Shown here piece by piece: positions 12,966 through 25,873 of a stretch of DNA of 64,000 nucleotides. The stretch is from positions 62,001 through 126,000 of the forward strand of contig NIVC01002186.1 in NCBI GenBank assembly GCA_002269645.1, given 5' to 3'. The position numbers were made by a program, and so were the translations under genes. Position 1 is the stretch's first letter. Every line of letters starts with the position of its first letter. The DNA is from Macrostomum lignano. Its lineage: Eukaryota. Under the pieces are notes generated by a model that was given only the letters and a program-made list of their open reading frames with translations, had not been told where the DNA came from and did not search any database.

Positions 12966-15404
12966 AGAACACATGGCTCACAAGTCAGCAACATCAGTAG
13001 ATAAAAGCTAGATCCCCCCCAACAAAGGAGAAAAAACTTTCAAGAGTCAAATTAAAAACGACGGCCCAAGAAAGTAGTCAAACCAGCGGTTGCTCTGCTG
13101 AGGGCCCATCAGCCGGCTCTAACTGCCGCCTCATGAACAGGCATTCAACCCAAAGGGCCGCAGCCAACAAAGGCTATAATTTGCTTGCTGAAGCAAACTG
13201 CTTGACAGTGGCTAATTGCTGTAATTGAGCACATCTGTTGTGTTGCTCATATGCATACTCACATGCCTCACTGTCACATGAACAGTAATTAGACATTGCA
13301 ACTTTCCTAAAATCCCAGCTCAGCTCACTGGACAAATTTCATTTTTTTGCTTTGCGCTTATTATTTGAAAACTTCACATCTTTCCTTACATCTAGTATTT
13401 CCTAGTGTGGCTTCTTTATACTCGTGTGTGTTTCTCACTTCGCTTCCGCTCCCGACACAAGACTGTCATCCCGGCTCCTTCCCTCCTGACACAATACTGT
13501 CAACCCGGCTCCTTCCCTCCTGACACAATACTGTCAACCCGGCTCCTTCCCTCCTGACACAATACTGTCAACCCGGCTCCTTCCCTCCTGACACAATACT
13601 GTCAACCCGGCTCCTTCCCTCCTGACACAATACTGTCAACCCGGCTCCTTCCCTCCTGACACAATACTGTCAACCCGGCTCCTTCCCTCCTGACACAATA
13701 CTGTCAACCCGGCTCCTTCCCTCCTGACACAATACTGTCAACCCGGCTCCTTCCCTCCTGACACAATACTGTCAACCCGGCTCCTTCCCTCCTGACACAA
13801 TACTGTCAACCCGGCTCCTTCCCTCCCGACACAAGACTGTCATCCCGGCTCCTTCCCTCCTGACACAATACTGTCAACCCGGCTCCTTCCCTCCTGACAC
13901 AATACTGTCAACCCGGCTCCTTCCCTCCTGACACAATACTGTCAACCCGGCTCCTTCCCTCCTGACACAATACTGTCAACCCGGCTCCTTCCCTCCTGAC
14001 ACAATACTGTCAACCCGGCTCCTTCCCTCCTGACACAATACTGTCAACCCGGCTCCTTCCCTCCTGACACAATACTGTCAACCCGGCTCCTTCCCTCCTG
14101 ACACAATACTGTCAACCCGGCTCCTTCCCTCCTGACACAATACTGTCAACCCGGCTCCTTCCATCCTGACACAATACTGTCACCCCGGCCCACCTGTCCA
14201 GCCACAGAGCCTCCAGCTGTGTCAGATCGCAGGCGATGCACTCCAGCGCCACATCCGTCAGGCGGGCGCACCAGCCCAAGTCCAGCTCGCGCAGCTGCCG
14301 CATCCCGTCGGCCAGCGCGTCAACGGCTTCATCTGTCAGCTTGGAGCAGCCGTTCAGGCAGAGCCGCCGAAGGCCGGGCAGAGCAGCGGCCAGCGATGCG
14401 GCGCCCCGGTCGGTGATCTCCCAGCAGCTGGGCAGGTCGAGGCTGAGCAGCCCGGCCGGACAGTCGGCCAGGCAAGGCAGGCAGCAGTCTGTGAGGTGGC
14501 AGCCCTGCAGTTCCAGCCGCCTGAGGCAGCCGAGCCGGGCCGCCAGCGCCGCCACGCTCTGGTCGGTGAGGCCGGCGCAGTCCGACACGGAGAGGCTGGC
14601 GAGGCTGCCAGACAGCAGGCGGCAAGCGGCCGCGGTCGGCTCGGCCAGCCGGTTGCAGCCGGTGAGGCTCAGAGCGGCCAGCGGCCCGCCGGCGGCCAGC
14701 AGGGCGGCCAATCCGGAGTCGGTCAGAGGCGAATCGATGACGGCCAGGTCGGCAATCCGGCCGGCCAGGTGGGCGAGCCGGGGCAGCAGGCTGTCCAGGT
14801 GGGCGTCAGTCAGGCCGGAGAAGCCGATCGAGTCGATGCGACGCTCGGCAATGCTGGCGAAGAGTCGGTCGATCGACTCCGACCAGTCGGCGTCTGAGTC
14901 GGCGGCCTCGGGCGGGACGAGACGCAGCGGCAGCAGCAGGCGGAGGTGGCGCCAGAAGCTCAGGCGGTAGAGGGCGTCCCGCCAGGCCGGACAGACGCGG
15001 CAGAGGCGGGCGGCCTCGTAGGGGCTGCAGTGGGCGGCCAGCCGCTCGGCCAGCCAGCCGCTTGACGCCAGCTCGGCGGGGTCCGGGGCGGACGGCCGCT
15101 GATTGCAGCGGTGAAGTAATCCGCTGGCCAGATGGCGGCGATGGTGGCGCGGCGTCTGCCGAGGCTGCTGCTGCGGCGGCGGCGGCGATGTCGGCTGTTT
15201 TTGCTGCTGCTGCTGCTGCCCGCCGCCGAAGTTGAAGAAGCGCAGTTTCAGCGCCGCCACGGGACTGGATGGCGGCGGGCCCGCTGCTTCCACGCTTCCG
15301 GCGCTGTTGTTTACGCCGCTGCCGCTGCTGCTGCCCGGACGTCGCAGACTGCGCAGGCTGTGCGTCAGGTCGGCGCAGGCTTTCGCCAGAGCTCCAACAT
15401 CCAT
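11346..15404 (-). CDS. FBXL16: F-box/leucine-rich repeat protein 16-like (3 exons)
   Basis: Exons 15404-14194, 12853-12705, 11494-11346, phases 2 and 1 consistent. F-box-like segment (CSPYEAARLCRVCPAWRDAL) followed by cysteine-containing LRRs. Spliced C-terminus IACDLTQLEALWLDR|CPAISDIGVGYLSTMPKLRLLSLRWC...LSLSG|VTKVTEDGLCHLIRARRLQSLELTNC...LPHCRIYY* parallels the FBXL16 C-terminus (from memory). Start ATG 15404 is assumed. Confidence 0.88.
11508..12025. repeat. 14-bp array GGCTACCGGTTGGT, intronic (FBXL16)
   Basis: Two blocks separated by a short unique stretch. Confidence 0.92.
12893..12965. repeat. (CTGT)n microsatellite
   Basis: Direct inspection. Confidence 0.97.
13455..14186. repeat. 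34-bp array GTCAACCCGGCTCCTTCCCTCCTGACACAATACT abutting the FBXL16 exon 1 donor
   Basis: About 21 copies. Confidence 0.97.
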
Positions 15405-15852
15405 TCGAGTTGTCAATGGATGCCAAATTCACTGCGGGATGAATCTGCCGAGAGGCGTAACGCGCGGCATCCCTAAAAAATCTCTTCGTCTCCGCCCGGG
15501 TTTCCCCTCTTTTCTCCTGGCCCCACCCGCCTCCCACAGCGCACTGCTCAAATTCACAACAGTTTCGTCCTTTCGCTTGCTCGTGCTCTGCTTCGACAGA
15601 TTTCATTGGCTCAAAAATCTCTTTTGCTGGCAGAGGGCGCGGGCAAGGGAACTCCCATCGGCTGTCCTGTCCCTGCCCTCTTCCCCATCCTCTTTTAGCT
15701 ACTTCTTCTCCATATTTCAGAGCGCGGCACGGGCCGGCCTCAAGCCTCTGTTATATACTAGCAGATAGAGCTCACCTTATCCACCTCCCAGCTTCACTTG
15801 TTCTTCTTCATGCTCCTGTGCTGCTCATGCGTTCTAGTCTCTCCGCCCTCAC

Positions 15853-15902
<50 letters not shown>

Positions 15903-16479
15903 GCTTTCCGCTCCTCAATTAATCCTGGCAACCTTTCTCCCCTTTCAGCTTGTATACAAGGGGGTTGGATCGAGGATAGGATGGGGGTGTCGAAGTTGCA
16001 GACCCTTGCAGCAGTTCAAAAGAAGAAGAAGAAGAAGACAGATTCGGGCGGGGCCGCTCGAAGCAGCCGCCTGTTGTTTCCGTGCCAGATAGAGTGAGAC
16101 GAGCGAGCGATATTCGAGTAGGTAACGGAGCCTGAGCTGGGGAGGGGGGTTATGATGCAAAATTAAGAATTCGACAAGAAGCTCTTCATCAAGAATTTCC
16201 TTTGAGTGAGCACGAACTGAAAGGTGAGCTAGGCTACCAGTATAGGTTGTTAAGGCGATGTTAGTTGAGCAAAGCGTATTGCAAGATTTCAGATTGAATC
16301 CAGCTCTCAAAAATGAGCTCTGGAGTATGCTTTTGCTTTCGCAAGTCGAAGTATAATATTGCTGATAACTGCTTTAGCATTCTGAGAACGCTGAGGTGCC
16401 ACGGGTCAAGGGGGGGGGGTCGCTAAGATACCATGACTCAACGAGAAGTTGCTGAGATGGCATGACTCAAAGGCTTAGC

Positions 16480-18690
16480 CGGACTCATCTCTTAGCTGGA
16501 TTCTCATCTACGAGTATAGCCGGACTGTAATCATCTCTAGCAGGTCTCTTAGCCGGACTCTCGATCATGTCTTAGCCGGACTCTCATCTCTTAGCCAGAC
16601 TCTCATCTCTTAGCCAGACTCTGACCTCTTTGCCAGACTCTCATCTTTTAGCCGGATTCTCATCTCTTAGCCAGATTCTCATCTCTTAGTCAGACTCTCA
16701 TCTCTTAGCCAGACTCTCATCTTTTAGCCAGACTCTCATCTCTTAGCCAGACTCTCATCTTTTAGCCAGACTCTCATCTCGTAGCCATACTCTCATCTCT
16801 TAGCCAGATTCTCATCTCTTAGTCAGACTCTCAATTGTTATCCGGATTCTCATCTCTTAGCGAGACTCTCATCTCTTAGTCAGACTCTCATCTCTCAGTC
16901 AGACTCTCATCTTTTAGCCAGACTCTCATCTCTTAGCCAGACTCTCATTTCTTAGCCGGACTCTCAGGTCTTAGCCGGACTCTCATCTTTTAGCCAGACT
17001 CTCATCTCTTAGCCAGACTCTCACCTCTTAGCCAGACTGTCATCTCTTAGCCAGACTCTCATCTTTTAGCCAGACTCTCATCTCTTAGCCAGACTCTCAT
17101 TTCTTAGCCGGACTCTCAGGTCTTAGCCGGACTCTCATGTCTTAGCCAGATTCTCATCTCTTAGCCGAACTCTCATGTCTTAGCCAAACTACCATCTCTT
17201 AGCCAGACTCTCATCTCTTAGCCAGATTCTCATCTCTTAGTCAGACTCTCATCTCTTAGCCAGACTCTCATTTCTTAGCCGGACTCTCAGGTCTTAGCCG
17301 GACTCTCATGTCTTAGCCAGATTCTCATCTTTTAGCCAGACTCTCATCTCTTAGCCAGACTCTCATTTCTTAGCCGGACTCTCATCTCTTAGCCAGATTC
17401 TCATCTCTTAGTCAGACTCTCAATTGTTATCCGGATTCTCATCTCTTAGCGAGACTCTCATCTGTTAGTCAGACTCTCATCTTTTAGCCAGACTCTCATC
17501 TTTTAGCCAGACTCTCATCTCTTAGCCAGACTCTAATTTCTTAGCCGGACTCTCAGGTCTTAGCCGGACTCTCATGTCTTAGCCAGATTCTCATCTCTTA
17601 GCCGGACTCTCATGTCTTAGCCAGACTACCATCTCTTAGCCAGACTCTCATCTCTTAGCCAGACTCTCATCTCTTAGCGAGACTCTCATCTCTTAGTCAG
17701 ACTCTCATCTTTTAGCCAGACTCTCTTCTTTTAGCCAGACTCTCATCTCTTAGCCAGACTCTCATCTCTTAGTCAGACTCTCATTTCTTAGCCGTATTCT
17801 CATCTCTTAGCCAGACTCTCATCTCTCAGTCAGACTCTCATCTTTTAGCCAGACTCTCATCTCTTAGCCAGACTCTCATTTCTTAGCCGGACTCTCAGGT
17901 CTTAGCCGGACTCTCATCTTTTAGCCAGACTCTCATCTCTTAGCCGGACTCTCAGGTCTTAGCCGGACTCTCATGTCTTAGCCAGATTCTCATCTCTTAG
18001 CCGGACTCTCATGTCTTAGCCAGACTACCATCTCTTAGCCAGACTCTCATCTCTTAGCCAGATTCTCATCTCTTAGTCAGACTCTCAATTGTTATCCGGA
18101 TTCTCATCTCTTAGCGAGACTCTCATCTCTTAGTCAGACTCTCATCTTTTAGCCAGACTCTCATCTTTTAGCCAGACTCTCATCTCTTAGCCAGACTCTA
18201 ATTTCTTAGCCGGACTCTGAGGTCTTAGCCGGACTCTCATGTCTTAGCCAGATTCTCATCTCTTAGCCAGACTCTCGTCTTTTAGCCAGACTCCCATCTC
18301 TTAGCCAGACTCTCATCTCTTAGCCAGATTCTCATCTCTTAGTCAGACTCTCAATTGTTATCCGGATTCTCATCTCTTAGCGAGACTCTCATCTCTTAGT
18401 CAGACTCTCATCTCTTAGTCAGACTCTCATCTTTTAGCCAGACTCTCATCTCTTAGCCAGACTCTCATCTTTTAGCCAGACTCCCATCTCTTAGCCAGAC
18501 TCTCACCTCTTAGCCAGACTGTCATCTCTTAGCCAGACTCTCATCTCTTAGCCAGATTCTCATCTCTTAGTCAGACTCTCAATTGTTATCCGGATTCTCA
18601 TCTCTTAGCCAGACTCTCATTTCTTAGCCAGACTCTCATTTCTTAGCCGGACTCTCATGTCTTAGCCAGACTGTCATCTCTTAGCCCGGA
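16480..18690. repeat. 19-bp satellite TTAGCCAGACTCTCATCTC with recurring higher-order variants, intergenic
   Basis: Over 100 copies; variant TCAATTGTTATCCGGATT recurs at about 16830, 17420, 18085, 18350 and 18580. Confidence 0.95.
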
Positions 18691-20309
18691 GTCTCATTGC
18701 AGCTGTATATAGAGACAGAAATAAATTGTGAGGAAAATGTCACAGACAAAAGATTTTCAATTCTCCATCTGAAAGAAGTGAGTGACTTGCATGGGTTGTT
18801 TTTGGCTAATTGTATATTATAAACGGTATGCGACTATGAACACGTCGCATATTCAGACTGTTTCATTCTTAAAGCAGCAAGAGCAAATAGCATATAAATA
18901 TAAATTAAAATAAAGTTAGGATTTGCATTGCTCAGTACAATAGAGTAGTATCATGCGCACATATATAGTGCAGCTAAATCTGTTACAAAGCCAGATATAT
19001 AATGTTTTAAAGCAGATGTGGCAGCACGAAAAAGAGAGGACGCGGTGCACTTTTAATAGCGATCGTAGCACAAAACTAGGTGTATAAATAAAATTTTAAA
19101 AAGTTTGAGAACCTAGAACCAACAGTACCGTCAGGACACTTAATTAGGAAAATTTAATTATGAATAAAAATTTATTAAATACCAAGATGAATTCTGTGAC
19201 AATGCCGATTTTGTGCAATAACGATACAAAACGGAGAAATGCCAAATAACGCCAGTAATATCCCATACATACTACTATCTTAGAGAGAGATGCGACAGTA
19301 GTGCAGTTAGTTTTACAAGAAACCCTCAAAATGGTTTTTAAATTATAAAACGGTAATTAGAGTTCAATGAAAACAGAAAGAGTTACCAGAATTGGCAAAT
19401 TATGAAAATATAAAGAAATAAAAATTATTGAAGGCGACAGCAGGCACAACAGAGGCCAGTTTGATTAATTTATTTAATTAGTTTCATCAGTAACGCAATC
19501 ACGGAGAGGGGAGGCACACATACACGAAAACTGATGTCGGAAGGTGAGAAAGCGCGCGCCGTGTATTTGTGTGTACGATGCATTTAAACTACTCATAGTA
19601 GGTCGGGAAACTACGATTATTAGAAATTTTTAGGAGGCAGGATTTACTGAAAACCACAAGAGAAATGGAGATCGGTGAGCCCAGCGCTGTAAAACAAATA
19701 TAGTATCATTATAACAAAACAAAAAACCGCACAAGGCAGATAAAGCTGTATAAAAAATAATAATAACTATTATTATTATTATTACCAGGGCAAAGAAAGC
19801 GTTAAAAAATTGCACATTAAATTTGTTAATTTATAACAAAACAACATGATTTTCACTTCCGGATTTGTTGCAATGCAGTTCAACAAACAACTGGGCAAAA
19901 ATGAGATAAAAAGTTGCAAAACAAAAAAAAATAACAAACAATTTTTTATACACCAGAGAAGAAACGGTTGCAAAAGTGCAAAGCCTTTTTTTGTTTAAAT
20001 ATTTTATTTGATAGTCAGAGCTCTGCTGAAGATGCATAGATAAGCGAGATTGTGCTTGCAAAGATGCCCAGTGCTGTATAGCGAAAAACAGCAATTAAAA
20101 AACAGGATATATGCCAGCTGCTGTACCAATTATAATTCTGACTGAACAGTTAAATGTTGTAAAATTTAATTTAAATTAATATAATACACACGCCACACAC
20201 CTCCGAGATGAGGGGCCGCCACCAGTCACTGATAGACATCTTTTAGCAAAAGTAAAAAGTACAGATTGTCCTTCTAATAAGAGAAATCCTTGCAGTTTCA
20301 TTTCACGAC

Positions 20310-20605
20310 ATTGAGGGTTGCAGTTCAATTCCTCAAGATTGAAGTTTGGGGTTCGATTCCCAGACATACATTATGGGTTGGAGTTAAACTCCTCAAGATT
20401 GAAGTTTGGGGTTCGATTCCCAGACATACATTATGGGTTGGAGTTAAACTCCTCAAGATTGAAGTTTGGGGTTCGATTCCCAGACATTGTGGGTTGAAGT
20501 TCAATTCCTCAAGATTGAAGTTTGGGGTTCGATTCCCAGACATACATTATGGGTTGGAGTTAAATTCCTCAAGATTGAAGTTTGGGGTTCGATTCCCAGA
20601 CATTG
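20310..20605. repeat. 56-60 bp array, each unit carrying a perfect Pol III B-box GGTTCGATTCC
   Basis: B-box copies at 20350, 20410, 20470, 20526, 20586. Confidence 0.9.
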
Positions 20606-20719
20606 TGGATTGGAGTCTAGGACATTGTAGAATGGGGTCACAGATCACAGAAGCATATAAAAACCAGAGCAGCAGACAGCTGGTGAAGTTCAGCATTTCA
20701 ACCGAAGTGTCTCTAAAGC

Positions 20720-23700
20720 TCATGGATCGTGAAAAATCTGCGTAGCCATAATCTCGCCCGTGCTAAGAGTCTGCGTTGCCATAGTGACCATTTTTCTACC
20801 GCCGTTACAGGCGGCCGGCGTAGTTGGCGCCTGACAACGCGAGCAGCAGCCGCCGCTTGTCGAACCCGATGGCGTTGGCTGCGGCGGCTGCTGATGCAGC
20901 GTTGGCGGCGGCGGCTCATCCTTGCCTTCGGAGAGGTCGGGCGTCAGCACAGGCGACGGCACGGAGCTGCTAGTCCGACTGTCGGCGTCGTCCTGCAGCA
21001 CCCGGCGCAGCTCAGTCTCGTCAATGTCGGACAGGAATTTGATATCGTCGGCCAGCTCGAGGCTGTCCAGCGGTTCGGGGCCCAGCGGACTCTTAACGGC
21101 CGAGGCGGCGGCGGTCAGGGCTCCGCCGGACAGGCGCTCCATCACGGCTCGGTCGGCCTCCTTCCAAACCTGAGTAGCGCGCCATTTAGCGCGGCTCTCC
21201 TTTGGCGCCAGGATGGCGTTGAAGTACAGAATCTCGTTCATCTGGAGTGGGGCGGTTAAATAGGCTAGATTACACGGATGGGAGGGGCGGATATGAGGGG
21301 CAGAGGATAGGAGCGAATGAAGGGGCGGAGGGTAGGAGCGGATGAAGGGGCGGATGGTAGGAGCGGATGAAGGGGCGGAGGGTAGGAGCGGATGAAGGGG
21401 TGGAGGGCAGGAGCGGATTAAGGGGCGGTTGAGCGGATGAAGGGGTGGAGGGCAGGAGGGGATGAAGGGGTGGAGGGCAGGAGCGGATTAAGGGGTGGAG
21501 GGCAGGAGCGGATGAAGGGGTGGAGGGCAGGAGCGGATGAAGGGGTGGAGGGCAGGAGCGGATGAAGGGGTGGAGGGTAGGAGCGAATGAAGGGGTGGAG
21601 GGCAGGAGGGGATGAAGGGGTGGAGGGCAGGAGCGGATTAAGGGGTGGAGGGCAGGAGCGGATGAAGGGGTGGAGGGCAGGAGCGGATGAAGGGGTGGAG
21701 GGCAGGAGCGGATGAAGGGGTGGAGGGTAGGAGCGAATGAAGGGGTGGAGGGCAGGAGCGGATGAAGGGGTGGAGGGTAGGAGCGGATGAAGGGGTGGAG
21801 GGCAGGAGCGGATGAAGGGGTGGAGGGTAGGAGCGAATGAAGGGGTGGAGGGCAGGAGCGGACGAAGAGGGGATATGAGGAGCGGATGAGGAGCGGAGGA
21901 ACGTAGGGGCGGATGCCTGGTAGGGGTGGAAAGTGGAGTAAAGAAGGGAATAAAACTGATGGAGTCCAAAAGATGGATTCCACTATAAATGGCATTCTAA
22001 AATGAATTAATGCCTTAGTATAATTAGTTCACCTTAAAGTGCTTCTGCAAATCGTCCACGTGTTTAAAGATGGACTTGTCAAAGAACACGTGCTCGTGCC
22101 GGCCCAGATCGATGATGCCCCACAGTCTGGCGCAGTGGAACACCCGGCCGCGGCGATTGGTCAGCGTCCGAGGCGCGGTTTGATCTACGCCGGCAGAGCC
22201 GCCGCCGCCGGCGCCGGACTTGCCGTCTCGGTTGGAGCGCCGGCCGCCGGTGATGATGATGTTGAGCTTCTGGGCGCGCCGGCAGGACACTGAGCCGTCG
22301 GCCGGGTGAATGTCGAAGAATAGGGACTGTTTGCGCAGGAATTCTTCCAGCTCGATCTGAGTCCAGCCGATTAGATTGCGGGCCTGCTCGGCGCCTTCGC
22401 CGGACCTGGCCGAATAAAAGCAACAGGAAGCGAGCTTCATTGGCGAGCTCGAATCGGCATGGGAAGGGGGCGGACGGAGAGAGCGGGTGGAAAAGGGGGA
22501 GGATTGGAACAAAGAGGGGGGCGGAAAGGGGAGGAAAAGAATTAAAACTAAGAGGGCGGAAAGGGGGAGGATTGAAACGAAGAGGGCGGAAAGGGGGAGG
22601 AAAAGAATTAAAACTAAGAGGGCGGAAAGGAGAGGATTGAAACGAAGAGGGCGGAAAGGAGAGGACTGAAACGAAGAGGGCGGAAAGGGGGAGGATTGGA
22701 ACAAAGAGGGGGCGGAAAGGGGAGGATTAGAAATAAGAGGGGCGGAAAGGAGAGGAAAAGAATTAAAACTAAGAGGGCGGAAAGGAGAGGATTGAAACGA
22801 AGAGGGCGAAAAGGGGGAGGATTGAAACGAAGAAGAGCGGAAAGGGGGAGGATTGAAACGAAGAGGGCGAAAAGGGGGAGGATTGAAACGAAGAAGAGCG
22901 GAAAGGGGGAGGATTGAAACGAAGAAGAGCGGAAAGGGGGAGGATTGAAACGAAGAAGAGCGGAAAGGGGGAGGATTGAAACGAAGAAGAGCGGAAAGGG
23001 GGAGGATTAAAACGAAGAAGAATCAGGAGGGCGTAATCAGGGGGCAATGGAAACGGAGAATAGGAGTGGGAAACTGAAAGAATCGAGTATTCAAGAACAA
23101 ACTAGCAAGCCCTCTCTACCGAAAGGTGTTCGAATAAATTTCTAGAAAAAATAGAACGCAGCTAAGCAATGTCTGTAAAAGAATCTGCGACATCATCGAG
23201 CTGGCAGCATTTCAAGCTGGGACAACGCGTTGTCAACAATATTTAAGCGAACTTCGACACGTTCCAACACGAAAGATCTGAGAGGAGAAATCGACAGCTT
23301 TTGTTTCCTTTTTTGACTAAGGTTCAACAGTCCATAGATGCGTAGACCATCAGCAATGAGTCATGCCAGTCCTGGCTACCCAGTTACCCAGGTGCTGCTA
23401 TTTCAAAAATCCGCATATTCATACGCGCATAAAGTGCAGGAAAATTCCAGTAAGAGACCTGACGTAGCTTAAAAATTTTCCTATCTAGAAGCTTAAAGCC
23501 TCTCTAATCCAGTGGCTGAGAGAGAGAGAGAGAGGGAACTAAATGAATGCGCATCTTCGCGTCACGTGAACCGCCGCATAGAGGCTGCAGCGCCGCCACT
23601 TCAGCCCAACCCCTCCCCTAACCCTCCCGATCCCAAAACTGATTGGAATTTGCGCAGAAAACGCCTGCAAAAGCAACCACCGCAATGGCATCAGTAGCAC

Positions 23701-25873
23701 TGTATATATATGTAGCCATTTGATTTCTACTGTAAACTAGTCTAATGTAAACTCCAGCGGCAAGCCTATCTATTACACTAAACAAAGAAAGTTATAAAAT
23801 AGCCGAATTACCTAGACAATACGGAGAACAGCTGCGGTATGGACAATAAGCCACCCTTTCGTTCGAGCACTTTGCGCAGAAACATGACAGTTTTGTATTC
23901 GGCCGCCGTCATGCTGACTGGACCGGCACCGCCACTGATGCTGCTGGAGAGACCGCCGCTGCTGCTGCCGCCGCCGGGGCCAGCTGTTGATGTTGGCGTT
24001 GTTGGCAGCGACTTGCCTGCGGGTTGGACAATCGGGACAGTGTTAAACTGCGTCGATAGCAGTGCTCTGACAGACGAAATGGGGATCGGATCTAGTAGGT
24101 CTAGAATCGGATCTAGTAGGTCTAGAATCGGATCTAGTAGGTCTAGAATCGGATCTAGTAGGTCTAGAATCGGATCTAGTAGGTCTAGAATCGGATCTAG
24201 TAGGTCTAGAATCGGATCTAGTAGGTCTGAATCGGATCTAGTAGGTCTGAATCGGATCTAGTAGGTCTAGAATCGGATCTAGTAGGTCTAGAATCGGATC
24301 TAGTAGGTCTAGAATCGGATCTAGTAGGTCTAGAATCGGATCCAGCAGGTCTAGAATCGGATCTAGTAAGTCTAGAATCGGATCTAGTAGGTCTAGAATC
24401 GGATCTAGTAGGTCTAGGATCGAATCAAGCAGGTCTAGGATCGAATCAAGCAGGTCTAGGATCGGATCTAGTAGGTCTAGAATCGGATCTAGTAGGTCTA
24501 GAATCGGATCTAGTAGGTCTAGAATCGGATCTAGTAGGTCTAGAATCGGATCTAGTAGGTCTAGAATCGGATCCAGCAGGTCTAGAATCGGATCTAGTAA
24601 GTCTAGAATCGGATCTAGTAGGTCTAGAATCGGATCTAGTAGGTCTAGGATCGAATCAAGCAGGTCTAGGATCGAATCAAGCAGGTCTAGGATCGAATCA
24701 AGCAGGTCTAGGATCGGATCTAGCTAGTAGGTCTAGAATCGAATCTAGTAGGTCTAGAATCGGATCTAGTAGGTCTAGAATCGGATCTAGTAGGTTTAGA
24801 ATCGGATTAATAGGTCTAGAATAGGATCCAGCAGGTCTAGGATCGGATCCAGCAGGTCTAGAATCAGATCTAGCAGGTCTAGAATCAGATCTAGTAGGTC
24901 TAGAATCGGATCTAGGAGATCCATATTCTGATCTATGAGACCGAGAATAGCTACTAAAGGATGCCTCACCTGAGCTACGCTGATCGCCAGAGCAGCTTGG
25001 CATAACGAGACTCTTAGGCCGGGCCATTCGAGCCGACTGCGAGTGATGCAGGCCGCCGCCGAGGTTGCCGCTGCCGCGATTCCTCGACTGCAACTGCTGC
25101 TGCTGGTGCCGCTGCGAGGAGCCGCCGGCCCCGCTGCCGCCCACGCCGCCGCCGCTCAGGCAGTGCGCAGCAAACGTGTCCCGCAAGCCAACTAGCTCGC
25201 CTTGCAATTCGAACACGTGCCGATGCCTGGCCAGAAACCTGGCAAACTCGGCCTGCGGTCCCACCACGGCTCGAATCTCTGGCGGCGCCTGGCTGAGATG
25301 CCCGGCTAAGCTTTTAATTGGCACCCAGCGGTCCTCGCGCCGGCTAAGCCGGGTCTGAAAGAACCGGACCGCCTCAGTCTCGCGGGCGAAGTCGTTCGGA
25401 TCGCCGCTAACCGAGTGCAAAGCGGCGGCCGCGTCGGAGCCGGACCTGGCCGAGTTGTTCGAACCGATGGAGTCGCGCCGGCCGCCGTTGTGATGCTGCG
25501 AGCGGCCGCTGCCAGATGATGAAGCCGCCGCCGCCGCCGCAGCCGCCGCTTGAGCAGCCGCGGCAGCCATCGTCGAACTCGACGAAGACGACGAGGCCGC
25601 TGTCGCCGCGGTATCGCCGCTGATCTGCGAGAGTGCGCCGTCCAGACTAACGGCAGAGACGGACTCGCCGTTCACTCGAAACAGCGACGGATATTTCTGC
25701 AGGAAGGGCTTGAGCCCGCCGGCCGAGGCCACGGCCTCTCGCATGTCTTGGGTGAAGTGCCGGCTGTGGAAATGCTGCGACAGCGACGTCAGGCGGACGC
25801 CGTCGGGCGAGTCGACATTCATGAGCACCTCAAGAAAATAGAGCATAGACCGGTGCGCCGGGTCGCCCATCAT
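20720..25873 (-). CDS. Egalitarian/LIN-66-like protein: three winged-helix (LOTUS-like) repeats + OB/cold-shock-like domain + C-terminal TQT (LC8-binding-like) motif, about 667 aa
   Basis: Exons 25873-24970, 24016-23812, 22405-22033, 21241-20720, phases 1/2/0 consistent, total 2004 nt. WH1 SMLYFLEVLM..LSQHF..FTQDMRE..GGLKPFLQKYPSLFRV and WH2 AVRFFQTRL..VPIKSLAGHLSQAPPEIRAVVG..EFARFL resemble the Egalitarian N-terminal repeats. GRVFHCARLWGIIDLGRHEHVFFDKSIF..VN/MNEILYFNAIL..KWRATQVW is OB/CSD-like. An acceptor at 25927-25929 means an upstream exon or earlier start is possible. Confidence 0.8.
21290..21865. repeat. 25-bp purine-rich array GGAGCGGATGAAGGGGTGGAGGGCA, intronic
   Basis: Direct inspection. 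Confidence 0.95.
22465..23010. repeat. 29-31 bp purine-rich array GGGCGGAAAGGGGGAGGATTGAAACGAAGA, intronic
   Basis: Direct inspection. Confidence 0.92.
24085..24915. repeat. 21-bp array GGATCTAGTAGGTCTAGAATC, intronic
   Basis: About 39 copies with a duplicated variant block. Confidence 0.95.

Noticed and set aside
14112-14193. Apparent FBXL16 C-terminus WAGVTVLCQ..EPG in the ORF track
   Set aside because: Read-through into the intron repeat; splicing at GACAG|GTGGGC restores the conserved LRRs.
14219-15768. Multiple overlapping plus-strand ORFs over FBXL16 (likewise over the frazzled, Egl-like and 50-51 kb exons)
   Set aside because: Antisense or alternate-frame shadows expected from high-GC codon usage.
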